Assembly (NCBI GenBank): GCA_043803385.1
Contig: JAZDKA010000034.1
Span: 10,561-74,560, forward strand
Length of the DNA stretch: 64,000 nt
Origin: Patescibacteria group bacterium
Lineage (GTDB): Bacteria > Patescibacteriota > Minisyncoccia > Moranbacterales > JAKLHP01
Direction of reading: 5' to 3'
The translations under genes and the position numbers were made by a program. Position 1 is the first letter of the stretch. The number at the start of each line of letters is the position of its first letter. A model generated the notes under the pieces. The model was given only the letters and a program-made list of their open reading frames with translations. It ran no database searches and was not told the origin of the DNA. Positions 38,794-49,333 of the stretch are shown here, in pieces.

Positions 38794-39990
38794 ATGAAAA
38801 AGAAAAAACTTCTAATTAATTTTGTTTATTACCGACCGGTTGGCCATGTGGTAGAAGCTTTGAAATATGCCAAGGGATATTACGAAGCAAATAATAATAA
38901 ATTGGATATTTACCTGTTGCTTAATGCAGATTCGCCCATAGAGTTAGCGGAAGCTTGCTATTGGATTAAAAAAACTTATCCGATATCCTTATCTGATATG
39001 ATGAAGCGAAAAGAAAAATCAGTATTGCTAAAGAATGTTCCAAAAATCTGGGATTATATAATATCAGATCATCGGGTAAATGAATTTAAAGCAGGCTGGG
39101 ATGAAAATGATTTGATTGAGACGCAAAAAATACTCCAGAATTATTTTATAGCCAGAATTAAAAAGGGGATTACACCGAAAAATGTTTTAACGACTTATCC
39201 AATTGATAAACTTAAAAAATCACAGACTTTACCATACAAGTTTAATCAACCAATCAGCATTCCTATTCCAACTAAATCAAAAAAGTTTATCCAGAAATAT
39301 AAACATAATGGGCTCAAAATTTGTATAATGCTTGGAGGTTCAGCCGGTGAAATTCAAAGCCCTTCAATAAAAATGTGGCTTAAAATTTGCCAAGCCTTAT
39401 TCCACAAATTTAAAAATTTAAGAATATATTTTACAGGAATTACCGAGAGCACCAGTGGCAGAACTAAAACAGTTGGATTTGCAAAAAAGGATGTTGAATA
39501 TTTAATTAAAAATCTTCCATTAGCGACCGACTGCTATAACATCGGATTTTGGAACCAATTAGCTCTAATTCAAATGTGTGATATTTTTCTTTCTCCTCAC
39601 ACAGGTTTTGCTTTTCTAGCTCCGACTGTCGGTACCCCCTGGTTGGCTTTATCCAATTGCCGCTGGCAAGAATATCTTTTCAACGAGTTGCCTTTCTATT
39701 CAGTTTTACCTTCTTGCGGTTATTATCCAGCCCAAGAAAATATTACTGAAGGTTGCGGGAAAAGATTAGCAAATAATAAAAAATGTTTGTGTATGAACGA
39801 AAAAAATTTGGCAACAAAAATTCCAGATGTCGTCAAAGGAGCCAAATTGCTATTCGATAATACGTTCACTTATGAAAAAGCAATGAAGCTTCACATAAAT
39901 AAAATCAAAAAAAATGATTTATATGATTTCAATAAATTTTTCTTTTTTGATGGTCCGTCAGTTTTAAAGAAAAGTATCAAAATTAAATAA
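38794..39990 (+). CDS. glycosyltransferase family 9 (heptosyltransferase-like)
   Basis: LALIQMCDIFLSPHTGFAFLAPTVGTPWLAL resembles the GT9 signature. Confidence 0.6.
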   Translation: MKKKKLLINFVYYRPVGHVVEALKYAKGYYEANNNKLDIYLLLNADSPIELAEACYWIKKTYPISLSDMMKRKEKSVLLKNVPKIWDYIISDHRVNEFKAGWDENDLIETQKILQNYFIARIKKGITPKNVLTTYPIDKLKKSQTLPYKFNQPISIPIPTKSKKFIQKYKHNGLKICIMLGGSAGEIQSPSIKMWLKICQALFHKFKNLRIYFTGITESTSGRTKTVGFAKKDVEYLIKNLPLATDCYNIGFWNQLALIQMCDIFLSPHTGFAFLAPTVGTPWLALSNCRWQEYLFNELPFYSVLPSCGYYPAQENITEGCGKRLANNKKCLCMNEKNLATKIPDVVKGAKLLFDNTFTYEKAMKLHINKIKKNDLYDFNKFFFFDGPSVLKKSIKIK

Positions 39991-40081
39991 CAGATTGAGC
40001 GGTTGCTAGTTATTAAGGATAAAAAAGTTCGAACTTCGTCCAAAAAACACCGCTAAATTTAAAAATTGAGATAATAAACAT

Positions 40082-40498
40082 ATGAACGAAGAAATACCCA
40101 AAGTGTTAACCCCGGAGCAACAGCTGTCGCAAGAACGGGAAGATCGATACGCGCAGTGGATGAAAGACCATCCGGAAGTGGTAATTGCTCCAGAGAATAG
40201 GAGGGAATGCGATCCGGAAATCGCGGAATTAGAAAAGCTGATTGATTTGTTTGAATCCGAGTATTCACTTGAGGAACTGCATTTGATTATTGATCTGACG
40301 GTGGAAGAAGCTCCGCAACATCCTGTGCGAGAACCGGCGAGTTTAGCGCTTATTCCTATTAATGCGAAACTTAATAGTATAAAAGAGGAAACAAATATTT
40401 CTCGTAAGAAGCACGAAGAATTAAGAGCACGATATACGCGCCTCTCAAAAGCTGTTGGAATTATAAATAATAACAAAGTTGACCACGATTGTCCATGA
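40082..40498 (+). CDS. hypothetical acidic protein
   Basis: Open ATG-started ORF with natural composition. Confidence 0.6.
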   Translation: MNEEIPKVLTPEQQLSQEREDRYAQWMKDHPEVVIAPENRRECDPEIAELEKLIDLFESEYSLEELHLIIDLTVEEAPQHPVREPASLALIPINAKLNSIKEETNISRKKHEELRARYTRLSKAVGIINNNKVDHDCP

Positions 40499-40589
40499 TG
40501 AGATACATAAGTAATCAAGCAACGACCGCCAATAAAAAATTACGTAATTCGTTACGTAATTTTTGTTATCCTATAATTTCAAAATTTAG

Positions 40590-41027
40590 TCAAAAATCTT
40601 CCAAGGGATCTCCATGCTCGTCAATTCCTCTTTTCAAATTTTCTTTCTTTAGCTTTTCTGCTCCGCTTATCATTCTTTTTCTTTCTAATTTAGTTATTGG
40701 AATTTTCGGTTTTCTGTCATTGAGAATTTTTCCTATCTGGCTTTTTAAGGTATGCCATAAATTTTCCTTAATCCCATTCTCTCTAAAAACCTGAGTGGAT
40801 ATTTTTAAAAATGTATCACTTCTGCTTTTATCTTCTAAAGTTGGCATCTGCTTTTCTTTTTCTAGCGCAATTATCCTGTTCTCCAGCCTTAATCTATCCA
40901 TTATTTCATCAGCAAGCATGTTTAATTTTTCTTCCGAGTAAGAGCTTATATCTTTTTGCCTCGGAAGTTCTGGTTTTCGTTTCGGATATTCCGTTTTTCG
41001 TTTCGGAAATTTTTGTGTTTCAAACAT
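40590..41027 (-). CDS. hypothetical protein with 7-aa N-terminal repeats
   Basis: FPKRKTE-YPKRKPE-LPRQK; co-oriented with comF. Confidence 0.6.
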   Translation of the reverse strand: MFETQKFPKRKTEYPKRKPELPRQKDISSYSEEKLNMLADEIMDRLRLENRIIALEKEKQMPTLEDKSRSDTFLKISTQVFRENGIKENLWHTLKSQIGKILNDRKPKIPITKLERKRMISGAEKLKKENLKRGIDEHGDPLEDF

Positions 41028-41032
41028 ATTTT

Positions 41033-41731
41033 TTATTTATACCCTTGCCTGGCGATGACAATCGCGAAAACTTCGCTGGCGCCGGATTTTTTGAGCGTCT
41101 TGGCGCATTCAAAAATGGTGGCGCCGGTAGTCGAAATGTCATCGACCAGAAGGATTCTTTTGCTTTTTATGTATTTTAGCATATTTCTGGGAACTGCGAA
41201 CGCTTCAGCAATGTTCTTTTTTCTTGCTCCGCTATCCTTGATTTTCATTTGGGGATGGGTGTATTTTTTTCTAGTTAAAACTTCTTTCAGTATCGGAATG
41301 GAAAATCCGGGAGTTATATTTTTTCCCAGATAATCAGCCAGAAGTTCCGATTGGTTGAATCCGCGGTAGCGAAGCCTTCTTTTATGGAGAGGAACCGGAA
41401 TTATGGCATCGGGAAGGGGAAATTCATATTTCAAAATGGATCTCAAAAGCAGTTCTCCTAGCGGTTCGTGCAAGCCCGAAATAAAACGGTATTTGTAAAG
41501 ATGGATTAAATGGGAAACTAATTTATTTTGGTAAGAAACCGCCACCAGCATTCCATCGAGCGAATATTTCTTTTTGCATTCAAAACAAACATATCCGCTG
41601 GGGGTTATTTTCTTTTCGCAATAAGGGCAGAACTGCGTTTCTTTAAGGATTATTTTGTTCAGGCAATCATCGCAAAGCCAAATGCCCGGCTTGTTGCAAG
41701 AAATGCATTGAATTGGAAACAATGTATCCAA
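41033..41731 (-). CDS. comF: ComF family competence protein (zinc ribbon plus PRTase)
   Basis: CISC/CDDC/CPYC/CFEC, PVPLH, RGFNQSE, LLVDDISTTGAT; exact start uncertain. Confidence 0.93.
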   Translation of the reverse strand: MDTLFPIQCISCNKPGIWLCDDCLNKIILKETQFCPYCEKKITPSGYVCFECKKKYSLDGMLVAVSYQNKLVSHLIHLYKYRFISGLHEPLGELLLRSILKYEFPLPDAIIPVPLHKRRLRYRGFNQSELLADYLGKNITPGFSIPILKEVLTRKKYTHPQMKIKDSGARKKNIAEAFAVPRNMLKYIKSKRILLVDDISTTGATIFECAKTLKKSGASEVFAIVIARQGYK

Positions 41732-41766
41732 AACGATATCTTTTATCTTTTGTAATATTTTATTTT

Positions 41767-44274
41767 TTATAAAACTATAATTTTATCATCTTTAATATCC
41801 AATGATATTTTATTATTTTTCACCTTTCCTTCCACAATCTCTTTGGCTATTTTGTTTTCAACCAGTTCCTGGATATTTCTTCGGACCAGGCGCGCTCCCT
41901 GATCAAAGGCCAGGCTTTTTTTGGCAATGAAACTGATTATTTTGCCCGAATAGGACATTGAAATTCCCTGAAGGCCCAGCCTTTTTTTGAATTTTTCCAT
42001 TTCCAGCCTGGATATTTTTTTAATGCTTTTTTCTGATAAGGGGCTGAAAACTACAATGTGATCCAATCTGTTGATAATTTCCGGCTTTATTTGGCGCTTA
42101 AGCTCCCCAATTACTTTATCCCGGATTTCTTCGAACCTTTCATTTCCTTTTTTGCTTTTTGAACTGAATCCAATTCTGGAAGAATCGGTGAATTCTGAAG
42201 TTCCGAGGTTAGAAGTGAGGATTATTACCGTATTTTTGAAATTTATTTCTTTTCCCTCGGCATCAGTGAGAGTGCCATCTTCCAGAATCTGAAGAAGGAT
42301 ATTAAAGACATCTGGATGAGCTTTTTCAATTTCATCAAAAAGAACAACGCTGTAAGGCTGGTGGCGGATTTTTTCCGTGAGTTTTCCGCCTTCCTCATAT
42401 CCGACATATCCGGCCGGAGCGCCGATAAGCCTTGAAACATTATGCCTTTCCATAAGTTCGCTCATGTCGATCCTCACCAGGTTTTGCGAGCTTCCAAAAA
42501 AATCTTGGGCTAAAATTTTCGCTGTGAGTGTTTTTCCGACTCCGGTCGGGCCCAAGAACAGGAAAGATCCCAAAGGCCGGTCAGGATTGGCGATTCCGGA
42601 AGAAGATCTTACCAGCGTGTCGGATATTTTTTTAGTTGCTTCTTTTTGCCCGATTATTTTCGAATCCAGATTTTTTTCAAGATTTTTTATTTTCGCTGTC
42701 GATTTTTGAGTTCTAAACTTATCAGATGGGATTCCGGTTATCCTCGAGACTGTTTCCGCGATATCCGAATCGTTAATTTCCAAAATTCCTTCTTTTTCTT
42801 TTTCCTTCTGCTTATTTTTCAATTTTTCAATCCGGGCTGACAAATCTTTTTCCTTTTGCCGCAAAAGCAAAGCTTCATCGTATTTTTCTTCATTTACCAG
42901 ATAATTCTTTTTCTCGATCACTTTATTCCTTTCATTTTCCAAAGACTTCATTTCTCTTAGAAAATCAGGAGTTTCCCCCCTGTTTCGGATAGAAGAAGCG
43001 GTTTCATCAATAAGGTCAATGGCCTTGTCGGGAAGAAAGCGGTTATTGATGTATCTGGAGCTTAAATTCACCGCCTGTTCGATAGCTTCTCCGGTTATTG
43101 AAACATTATGGAATTTTTCATAGCTTTTCTTTATCCCTTCAAGTATCGATTTTGTTTCTTCCAAACTCGGCTCTTGAATTTTGATTGGCTGAAATCTTCT
43201 TTCGAGAGCCGGATCTTTTTCAAAGTGCTTTTTATATTCAGAAAATGTCGTGGCTCCGATGCACTGGATTTCTCCTTTGGAAAGAGCCGGTTTCAGGATA
43301 TTGGCGGCATCAAGGCCTCCGGACAAATTTCCCGCTCCAACAACGCTATGGATCTCGTCGATAAAGAGAATGATGTTTTTGTTTTCCGAAGCTTCCTTGA
43401 TTATTTCTTTAATTCTGGCTTCAAATTCTCCCCGAAAACTTGTTCCGGCAACAACTAACGCCATATCCAGAGACAAAATCCTTTTATCTGCCAGTTTTTC
43501 GGATATGCTTCCCTCGTTGATTTTTTGGGCTAATTTTGAAACGATGGCTGTTTTTCCGACTCCCGGGTCGCCAATCAGGACCGGATTATTTTTATTTTTT
43601 CTGCCTAAAATATCAACGACTCTTTCGATTTCTTTTTCTCTTCCTACGATGATTTCTTTCCTTCTTTCAACTTCCTTGTTCAAATCTACGCAAAATTGGT
43701 TAAGATAGGGAGTTGCCGGCGAACTCTTGCTGTTTTTGGCGATTGCCATATCCGGAAGGTCGAATATTTTTGAAAGATGGGCGAGGGAATCGCTAGTTAT
43801 CATTGATGATTTCAAGATATTATCCATGTTTATTTTACTGCTTATTTTTTTCGCCCCAGAAAGCTCTTCCTTGGCGGATGATTGCTGAAGAATTTTTTTA
43901 ATTTCTAAATCGTTTGATTCTAAAATAGCATAAACCAAGTGCTCGGTGCCAACATAGGGATAATTCAAATTGCTGGCGATAAAGTAAGCCTTGGTTATTA
44001 TAATTTTAAGTTCAGGAGAAATTTCAATTTCCGGTTTAGCGTTTGGCGGAAAATATTTTTTTGCCGGCGTTGCGTTTTTTTTCAGCAAGTCCTTGCTTAT
44101 GCCGATATTTTTCAGGATATTGCTTCCTAAACAGCTTTCTTCAAAAAAAATGGCATGGAGAAGATGATCGGGGTTTATTTCTGCCGATTTTTCAGCAAAT
44201 GCCAAATTGCCGGCTTCTTTCAAGCATTTTTTGGCATTTGAAGTGAGCTTTTGGGATATTTTGGCTTCAAGCAT
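41767..44274 (-). CDS. clpC: ATP-dependent Clp protease ATP-binding subunit (ClpC-like)
   Basis: Two Clp-N repeats, GDPGVGKT, FIDEIH, UVR-like coil, GPTGVGKT. Confidence 0.92.
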   Translation of the reverse strand: MLEAKISQKLTSNAKKCLKEAGNLAFAEKSAEINPDHLLHAIFFEESCLGSNILKNIGISKDLLKKNATPAKKYFPPNAKPEIEISPELKIIITKAYFIASNLNYPYVGTEHLVYAILESNDLEIKKILQQSSAKEELSGAKKISSKINMDNILKSSMITSDSLAHLSKIFDLPDMAIAKNSKSSPATPYLNQFCVDLNKEVERRKEIIVGREKEIERVVDILGRKNKNNPVLIGDPGVGKTAIVSKLAQKINEGSISEKLADKRILSLDMALVVAGTSFRGEFEARIKEIIKEASENKNIILFIDEIHSVVGAGNLSGGLDAANILKPALSKGEIQCIGATTFSEYKKHFEKDPALERRFQPIKIQEPSLEETKSILEGIKKSYEKFHNVSITGEAIEQAVNLSSRYINNRFLPDKAIDLIDETASSIRNRGETPDFLREMKSLENERNKVIEKKNYLVNEEKYDEALLLRQKEKDLSARIEKLKNKQKEKEKEGILEINDSDIAETVSRITGIPSDKFRTQKSTAKIKNLEKNLDSKIIGQKEATKKISDTLVRSSSGIANPDRPLGSFLFLGPTGVGKTLTAKILAQDFFGSSQNLVRIDMSELMERHNVSRLIGAPAGYVGYEEGGKLTEKIRHQPYSVVLFDEIEKAHPDVFNILLQILEDGTLTDAEGKEINFKNTVIILTSNLGTSEFTDSSRIGFSSKSKKGNERFEEIRDKVIGELKRQIKPEIINRLDHIVVFSPLSEKSIKKISRLEMEKFKKRLGLQGISMSYSGKIISFIAKKSLAFDQGARLVRRNIQELVENKIAKEIVEGKVKNNKISLDIKDDKIIVL

Positions 44275-44437
44275 AATAGTATTCTATTTTAATGGCAAAA
44301 AAAGGTCAATGAAGAGAATGATGATGCTGGCTTTTGCATTGATTTCTAAAATATGTTATTATTTACGTAAAGTTGAAAACTTTCTAATTTCAGACGAAAG
44401 TTTGTTTAAGGTTAGGAAACAATAATATAAAAACAAA

Positions 44438-45643
44438 ATGTTCAGTTTTTTTGGCGGTAAAAAAAATTACTCGATAGGAATAGATTTTGGCACGTCAGCC
44501 ATAAAAGTTGTGGAACTTTCCCACAAAAACCAGAAAGCATGCTTGGAAAATTATGGCTGGGTTGATTTGGGCTTAATAAATCCTTCCTCGGTAAATAGGG
44601 TATCGGTTTCTAAGGAGCAAGTATCTTACAATAAAAAACTTCAAAAATATCTTGAAAAATTAATTAAGTCAATGAAACCAAAGTCCGATTCGGCTTATAT
44701 TTCGCTTCCCGGATTCAGCGGACTCCTTACGGTAATAGAATTTCCGGCCATGAGCGAAAGCGAATTAGAAGAAGCAATTAGATTTGAAGCCAGAAAATAT
44801 ATTCCGATGTCTCTTGACGAAGTAGCGCTGGATTGGGAGATAATTAAAAATGAATCCGAATCCGAGAAAGCTCCCGTTAAAAATAATAACACTCTTCCCG
44901 TAAAAGAAGAAACGAAAGAAGAAATAAAAAAAGAGTCATCCTGGAATAAGGACATCGGAAGCTTTATTAAAAAAAAGCCTGAAAATACAAAGAAAAAAAA
45001 TGAAATACTTTTAGTTGCCGCTCCCAAGAACGAAGTGATGAGATGCGGAAATATCGTCAAAGAAGCGGGACTTTCCGTAAAAAATGTAGAGATAGAACTT
45101 TTTTCAATGACCAGGGCTATTATTGGCAATGATCCCGGCTGTTTTCTCATAGTGGACATCGGATCTAGGATAACTAATATGATTCTGGTTGAAAAAGGAA
45201 CAATTAGGGTAAATAGAAATATTGAAGGAGGAGGAAATGAGATAACTAATGTGATAGCCGATAGCCTGAATATATCCAAGCAAAGAGCAGAAGAACTCAA
45301 AAAAGAAAACAAAGACCTTCTTAACAACAAAGAGATGTCATTAATTATTCCCGTAATAGACATGGTTATTAATGAATCAATAAGAATTGTAAACGCCTAT
45401 AAAGAAAAGAAAGGCGGATCTTTTAGAGTGGACGGAATAATTCTTTCGGGGGGTTCCTCAAGGCTTCAGGGAATTGAAAATTATTTTCAGAGTAAAACCG
45501 GAATTCAAACCAGCCTGGGAAATCCTTGGAAGAAAATTTCTTACGATGAGAAACTAAAGCCTTTTGTGGAAAAAATGGGAGCATCATTTTCAGTAGCTTT
45601 GGGATTGGCGGAAAGAGGACTAGAGGAGAGCAATAATAAGTGA
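44438..45643 (+). CDS. pilM: type IV pilus assembly protein PilM
   Basis: GIDFGTSAIK actin-like start, EARKYIP, LSGGSS, VALGLA. Confidence 0.9.
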   Translation: MFSFFGGKKNYSIGIDFGTSAIKVVELSHKNQKACLENYGWVDLGLINPSSVNRVSVSKEQVSYNKKLQKYLEKLIKSMKPKSDSAYISLPGFSGLLTVIEFPAMSESELEEAIRFEARKYIPMSLDEVALDWEIIKNESESEKAPVKNNNTLPVKEETKEEIKKESSWNKDIGSFIKKKPENTKKKNEILLVAAPKNEVMRCGNIVKEAGLSVKNVEIELFSMTRAIIGNDPGCFLIVDIGSRITNMILVEKGTIRVNRNIEGGGNEITNVIADSLNISKQRAEELKKENKDLLNNKEMSLIIPVIDMVINESIRIVNAYKEKKGGSFRVDGIILSGGSSRLQGIENYFQSKTGIQTSLGNPWKKISYDEKLKPFVEKMGASFSVALGLAERGLEESNNK

Positions 45644-45668
45644 AGTTAAATTTTTTAAATATAAAAAA

Positions 45669-46187
45669 ATGAACAATATAAATCTTTTGGAATCAGCTCA
45701 AAACAAAGATGGCTATAATCAAGATAAAAAAGGGAAAAATAGCGCCTTAGTCACTTCCTCGTTAATTTTAATTCTTACTTTTCTCGTATGGGGAGGCGCG
45801 AAATTTTATTCCTCATACCTCGATAAACAAATAGCCGGATTGCAGTCAGAAAGCCAGGCAGAAAGTGCTAGTTTAAGCGGCAAAAGCGTAGATAGGGTAG
45901 CTGATTTTGATGAGAGAATGAACAGGGCGCTGAAAGAATCTTCTTCAAGAAGCAACTTCGTCAATTGCCTTAAAGATTTGGAAAATGTTGTCGTAAGCGG
46001 AGCCAGGATCGACTTAGTTAACTATTCTAAAGAAAAAACAGAAATGAAAGTAGCGGTGGATAGTTTTCAGACAATTGCAAGACAAATTTTAAGTTTTAAA
46101 AATTCCCAATGCTTTAAAGACTTAGAAATGGGAGAAACTACGCGCGATACAAACGGGAAAATAAGCTTTACTCTAAAAAATAATTAA
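45669..46187 (+). CDS. PilN-like pilus alignment protein
   Basis: N-terminal INLL motif, one TM, position after pilM. Confidence 0.7.
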   Translation: MNNINLLESAQNKDGYNQDKKGKNSALVTSSLILILTFLVWGGAKFYSSYLDKQIAGLQSESQAESASLSGKSVDRVADFDERMNRALKESSSRSNFVNCLKDLENVVVSGARIDLVNYSKEKTEMKVAVDSFQTIARQILSFKNSQCFKDLEMGETTRDTNGKISFTLKNN

Positions 46188-46260
46188 ATTTTCTAATTTT
46201 ATTACACTTTTCGATCCCGGATGTTTTGAAAAGCAACTGGAATCTAAAAAGGTAAAACAT

Positions 46261-47049
46261 ATGCGCTTAAAAATATTTTTCATGCCTCTTGCCATTCTTG
46301 TCGCCATTGTAATGTCCATTTGGTATATTTGGCCCGTTGCCAAAGAAATTATGGAAAAAAGAGCTAATTTAGGCAAAGTCAAAGAAAACCTGAACTCAAT
46401 ATTAGAAAAAAAACAAAATTTAGAATCGCTCAAAGCTTCCCTGGACAAAAATAAAGACAAGGAAGATTTCATTTTGAATTATCTTCCCGTTTCAAGAAAT
46501 GAAAGCAGGATAGTCAATGGAATAAATTATATAGCAACCAATTCCGGTTTGAGCTTAATTAGTTTGGCAATAAGCGAAGTGAAAGCTCTCGAAAACTCAA
46601 GTAATGTTCCAGTAAATACTTCTCCCGTTTCAGCTGAGCTATTGATTAATGCCGGAAGTTCGGAAATTGGGGAAACACCTCAAAATCCAAAACCAGAAAC
46701 CCGATTTTCCGAAGTAAAGACAGTCGTTTCGGGAAAGTATGAAAGCATAAAGATGTTTCTGGATCAGCTATACAGCATGGAAATGCTTAATAAAATAAGT
46801 ATAATTAATATATCCAAAGGCATAAACGAAGGCGAAAACCAATCAGGAAGCGATATTTTGGTCGCAACTATAAATATTGAATTTGGCTATATGCCGGCGG
46901 TTCATGAAGAAAATGGAAGTTCTTTGCCAGTTTTTGCTAAAAATAACTTTGATTTTAGCGCATATTCAAAACTAAATGAATCAATAAAGAAAATAGTGCC
47001 CGTTCTCGATGAAGGACAAAAGGGAAAGAGCAATCCATTTATGCCGTAA
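46261..47049 (+). CDS. PilO-like pilus alignment protein
   Basis: TM, coiled coil, GKYESIKMFL, C-terminal NPF. Confidence 0.7.
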   Translation: MRLKIFFMPLAILVAIVMSIWYIWPVAKEIMEKRANLGKVKENLNSILEKKQNLESLKASLDKNKDKEDFILNYLPVSRNESRIVNGINYIATNSGLSLISLAISEVKALENSSNVPVNTSPVSAELLINAGSSEIGETPQNPKPETRFSEVKTVVSGKYESIKMFLDQLYSMEMLNKISIINISKGINEGENQSGSDILVATINIEFGYMPAVHEENGSSLPVFAKNNFDFSAYSKLNESIKKIVPVLDEGQKGKSNPFMP

Positions 47050-47072
47050 ATGTTCTAAAATTTAGTTAAGTT

Positions 47073-48740
47073 ATGAAGGATAGCAAAAGCAAAATGAAAG
47101 ATCCGGAGGAAGTTAAACTGACAGAAAGGTCCAAGGAATTGGGAGTTCCTTATGTATATAAAATTCCATCTAAAATTGATAAAAAAGTTCTTTTTATAAT
47201 CCCCGAAAACTTAGCCGAAAAGCATCAGATGGCTGCTTTTAGCAGGGAAGAAGATATTATCAAAGTAGCGATGGTCAATATCAATAATATCGAAGCTCTT
47301 AACGTTCTGAGATTTTTGACTAGGAAAGAAGGATTGCAAATGGAAATTTATCTTGCTAATCTTAATGGGATTCAAGAAGCTCTCAAACAGTACAGTACTC
47401 CCGAAAGAATTACGGCAGAAGCAGCCAGATCCCTTGAAGCTGAAGAAAAAGAGTTTAAAAAAACAAAGGTGACCGGTGGGGAAAAAATAAAAGAAATACT
47501 TCAAGATGCTCCGGTTGCTAAACTGGTTGAGGTAATTATAAAGCATGCCATCGAAGGGAGAGCTAGCGATATTCACATTGAGCCTGTAGATGAAAAGTAC
47601 AGAGTAAGATTCAGAGTGGATGGCATATTGCATTCTTCGCTTGATATGCCAAAAGAAGTGGGGAAAGCGGTTGTTTCAAGAATAAAAATACTTTCCAATC
47701 TCAAAATAGACGAGCAAAGAAAACCGCAGGATGGAAGATTTCAAATACGGGACAACGGGAAAATAACCGATTTCAGAATTTCCACCTTACCGGTTGTCGA
47801 AGGAGAAAAAACGGTAATGCGCGTTTTGGATAGAAGCAACCAGCTGTTTGACTTGAAATCTTTGGGGCTTTTAGGAAGAAATTATGAAATTTTTGAAAGA
47901 AGAATAAAAGATCCTTACGGAATAATTTTAATTACTGGTCCAACCGGGTCCGGAAAATCAACAACTCTATATGGTTTTTTGAAAATTCTTAACCAGGAAG
48001 AAAGAAACATAGTAACGCTTGAAGATCCAGTCGAATATTACATTGGGGGAATAAATCAAAGCCAAATAAAGCCAGAAATAGGATATACTTTTGCCAATGG
48101 ACTCCGGTCTATCCTACGCCAGGACCCCAATGTTATAATGGTGGGAGAAATAAGAGATAACGAGACCGCGGAACTTTCCATCCACTCGGCTCTTACGGGG
48201 CATCTTGTTTTCTCAACGCTTCACACTAACAATGCCGTTGGCGCAATTCCAAGGCTTATTGATATGGGAGTAGAATCGTTTCTTTTGGCGTCATCACTTC
48301 GAGTAGTTGCTGCCCAGCGTTTAGTCAGGAGAATTTGCGAGAATTGCAAGGAAGAAGTTGAAATACCGGAAGAAGTATCCAATGAGGTAAAAAATGAACT
48401 TTCCGGCATATCAGAGGAAGAACTAAAAAAATATGAAATTGATTTATCAAAAAAACTAACATTTTATAGGGGAAAAGGATGTGAAGAATGCGGAAATCTT
48501 GGATTCAAGGGCAGAATGGCCATATACGAGGTGATAGAAGTAAACGACAAGATACAAGAACTGATAGTGAGCGGAAAAGGAAGTGATTTGGAAATAAAAG
48601 AACAAGTGAAGAAGGACGGAGTAATCACCATGAGGCAAGATGGAATCCTAAAAGTTCTCAAGGGAATCATTGATATGTCTGAAATAGAAAGGGTCACCAA
48701 GGGAAGCATGAGTATAGGAGGAGAATTGGAAGACGCATAA
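47073..48740 (+). CDS. pilB: type IV pilus extension ATPase (PilB/GspE)
   Basis: ASDIHIEP, GPTGSGKSTT, LRQDPN, GHLVFSTLH, CxxC...CxxC. Confidence 0.94.
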   Translation: MKDSKSKMKDPEEVKLTERSKELGVPYVYKIPSKIDKKVLFIIPENLAEKHQMAAFSREEDIIKVAMVNINNIEALNVLRFLTRKEGLQMEIYLANLNGIQEALKQYSTPERITAEAARSLEAEEKEFKKTKVTGGEKIKEILQDAPVAKLVEVIIKHAIEGRASDIHIEPVDEKYRVRFRVDGILHSSLDMPKEVGKAVVSRIKILSNLKIDEQRKPQDGRFQIRDNGKITDFRISTLPVVEGEKTVMRVLDRSNQLFDLKSLGLLGRNYEIFERRIKDPYGIILITGPTGSGKSTTLYGFLKILNQEERNIVTLEDPVEYYIGGINQSQIKPEIGYTFANGLRSILRQDPNVIMVGEIRDNETAELSIHSALTGHLVFSTLHTNNAVGAIPRLIDMGVESFLLASSLRVVAAQRLVRRICENCKEEVEIPEEVSNEVKNELSGISEEELKKYEIDLSKKLTFYRGKGCEECGNLGFKGRMAIYEVIEVNDKIQELIVSGKGSDLEIKEQVKKDGVITMRQDGILKVLKGIIDMSEIERVTKGSMSIGGELEDA

Positions 48741-48831
48741 GTTTGACATTTGACAACTGACAATTGGCACAAAAACTATTAATAATTGGTCAATAGTTAA
48801 TTGTCAATAGTTAATTGTTAAATAAATTTTT

Positions 48832-49206
48832 ATGGACAAAAAAACAATATTATTAGTGGAGGATGATTCTTTTGTTTCTGACATTTACCAGACAAAAATA
48901 AGCGCTGAAGGGTTTGATATTGTATTGGCAGAAAATGGATTGGAGGCAATGAAAAAACTGGAGGAAAAAGTTCCTGATTTGATTCTCCTGGACATAGTAA
49001 TGCCCTATATGGACGGGATAGAGGTTTTAAAAAAGATTAAAGCAGAGGAAAAATTGAAAAAAATCCCCGTAATTTTGCTTACAAATTTGTCAGAAAAGGA
49101 AAAGATAGAAGAAGCGCTAGAAATGGGAGCTGATGATTATTTAATTAAATCCCACTTCACTCCTTCGGAAGTGATAGAAAAAGTGAAGATGGTATTAAAA
49201 AATTAA
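48832..49206 (+). CDS. stand-alone response regulator receiver domain
   Basis: LLVEDD, ILLDIVMPYMDG, GADDYLIK. Confidence 0.92.
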   Translation: MDKKTILLVEDDSFVSDIYQTKISAEGFDIVLAENGLEAMKKLEEKVPDLILLDIVMPYMDGIEVLKKIKAEEKLKKIPVILLTNLSEKEKIEEALEMGADDYLIKSHFTPSEVIEKVKMVLKN

Positions 49207-49333
49207 AAGTTAAAAGTGCAAAGTTAAAAGTTTAGGTGTTGCTTCGCGACAAATTATTTTATCATAATAAATACGTCCCGCTTGCGGGACACTATAATTT
49301 TGAACTTTGAATTTTGCATTTTGAATTATTATT

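Noticed and set aside
38622-40560. Prophage or integrative element at tRNA-Ser
   Set aside because: No integrase, phage genes or duplicated tRNA 3' end seen.
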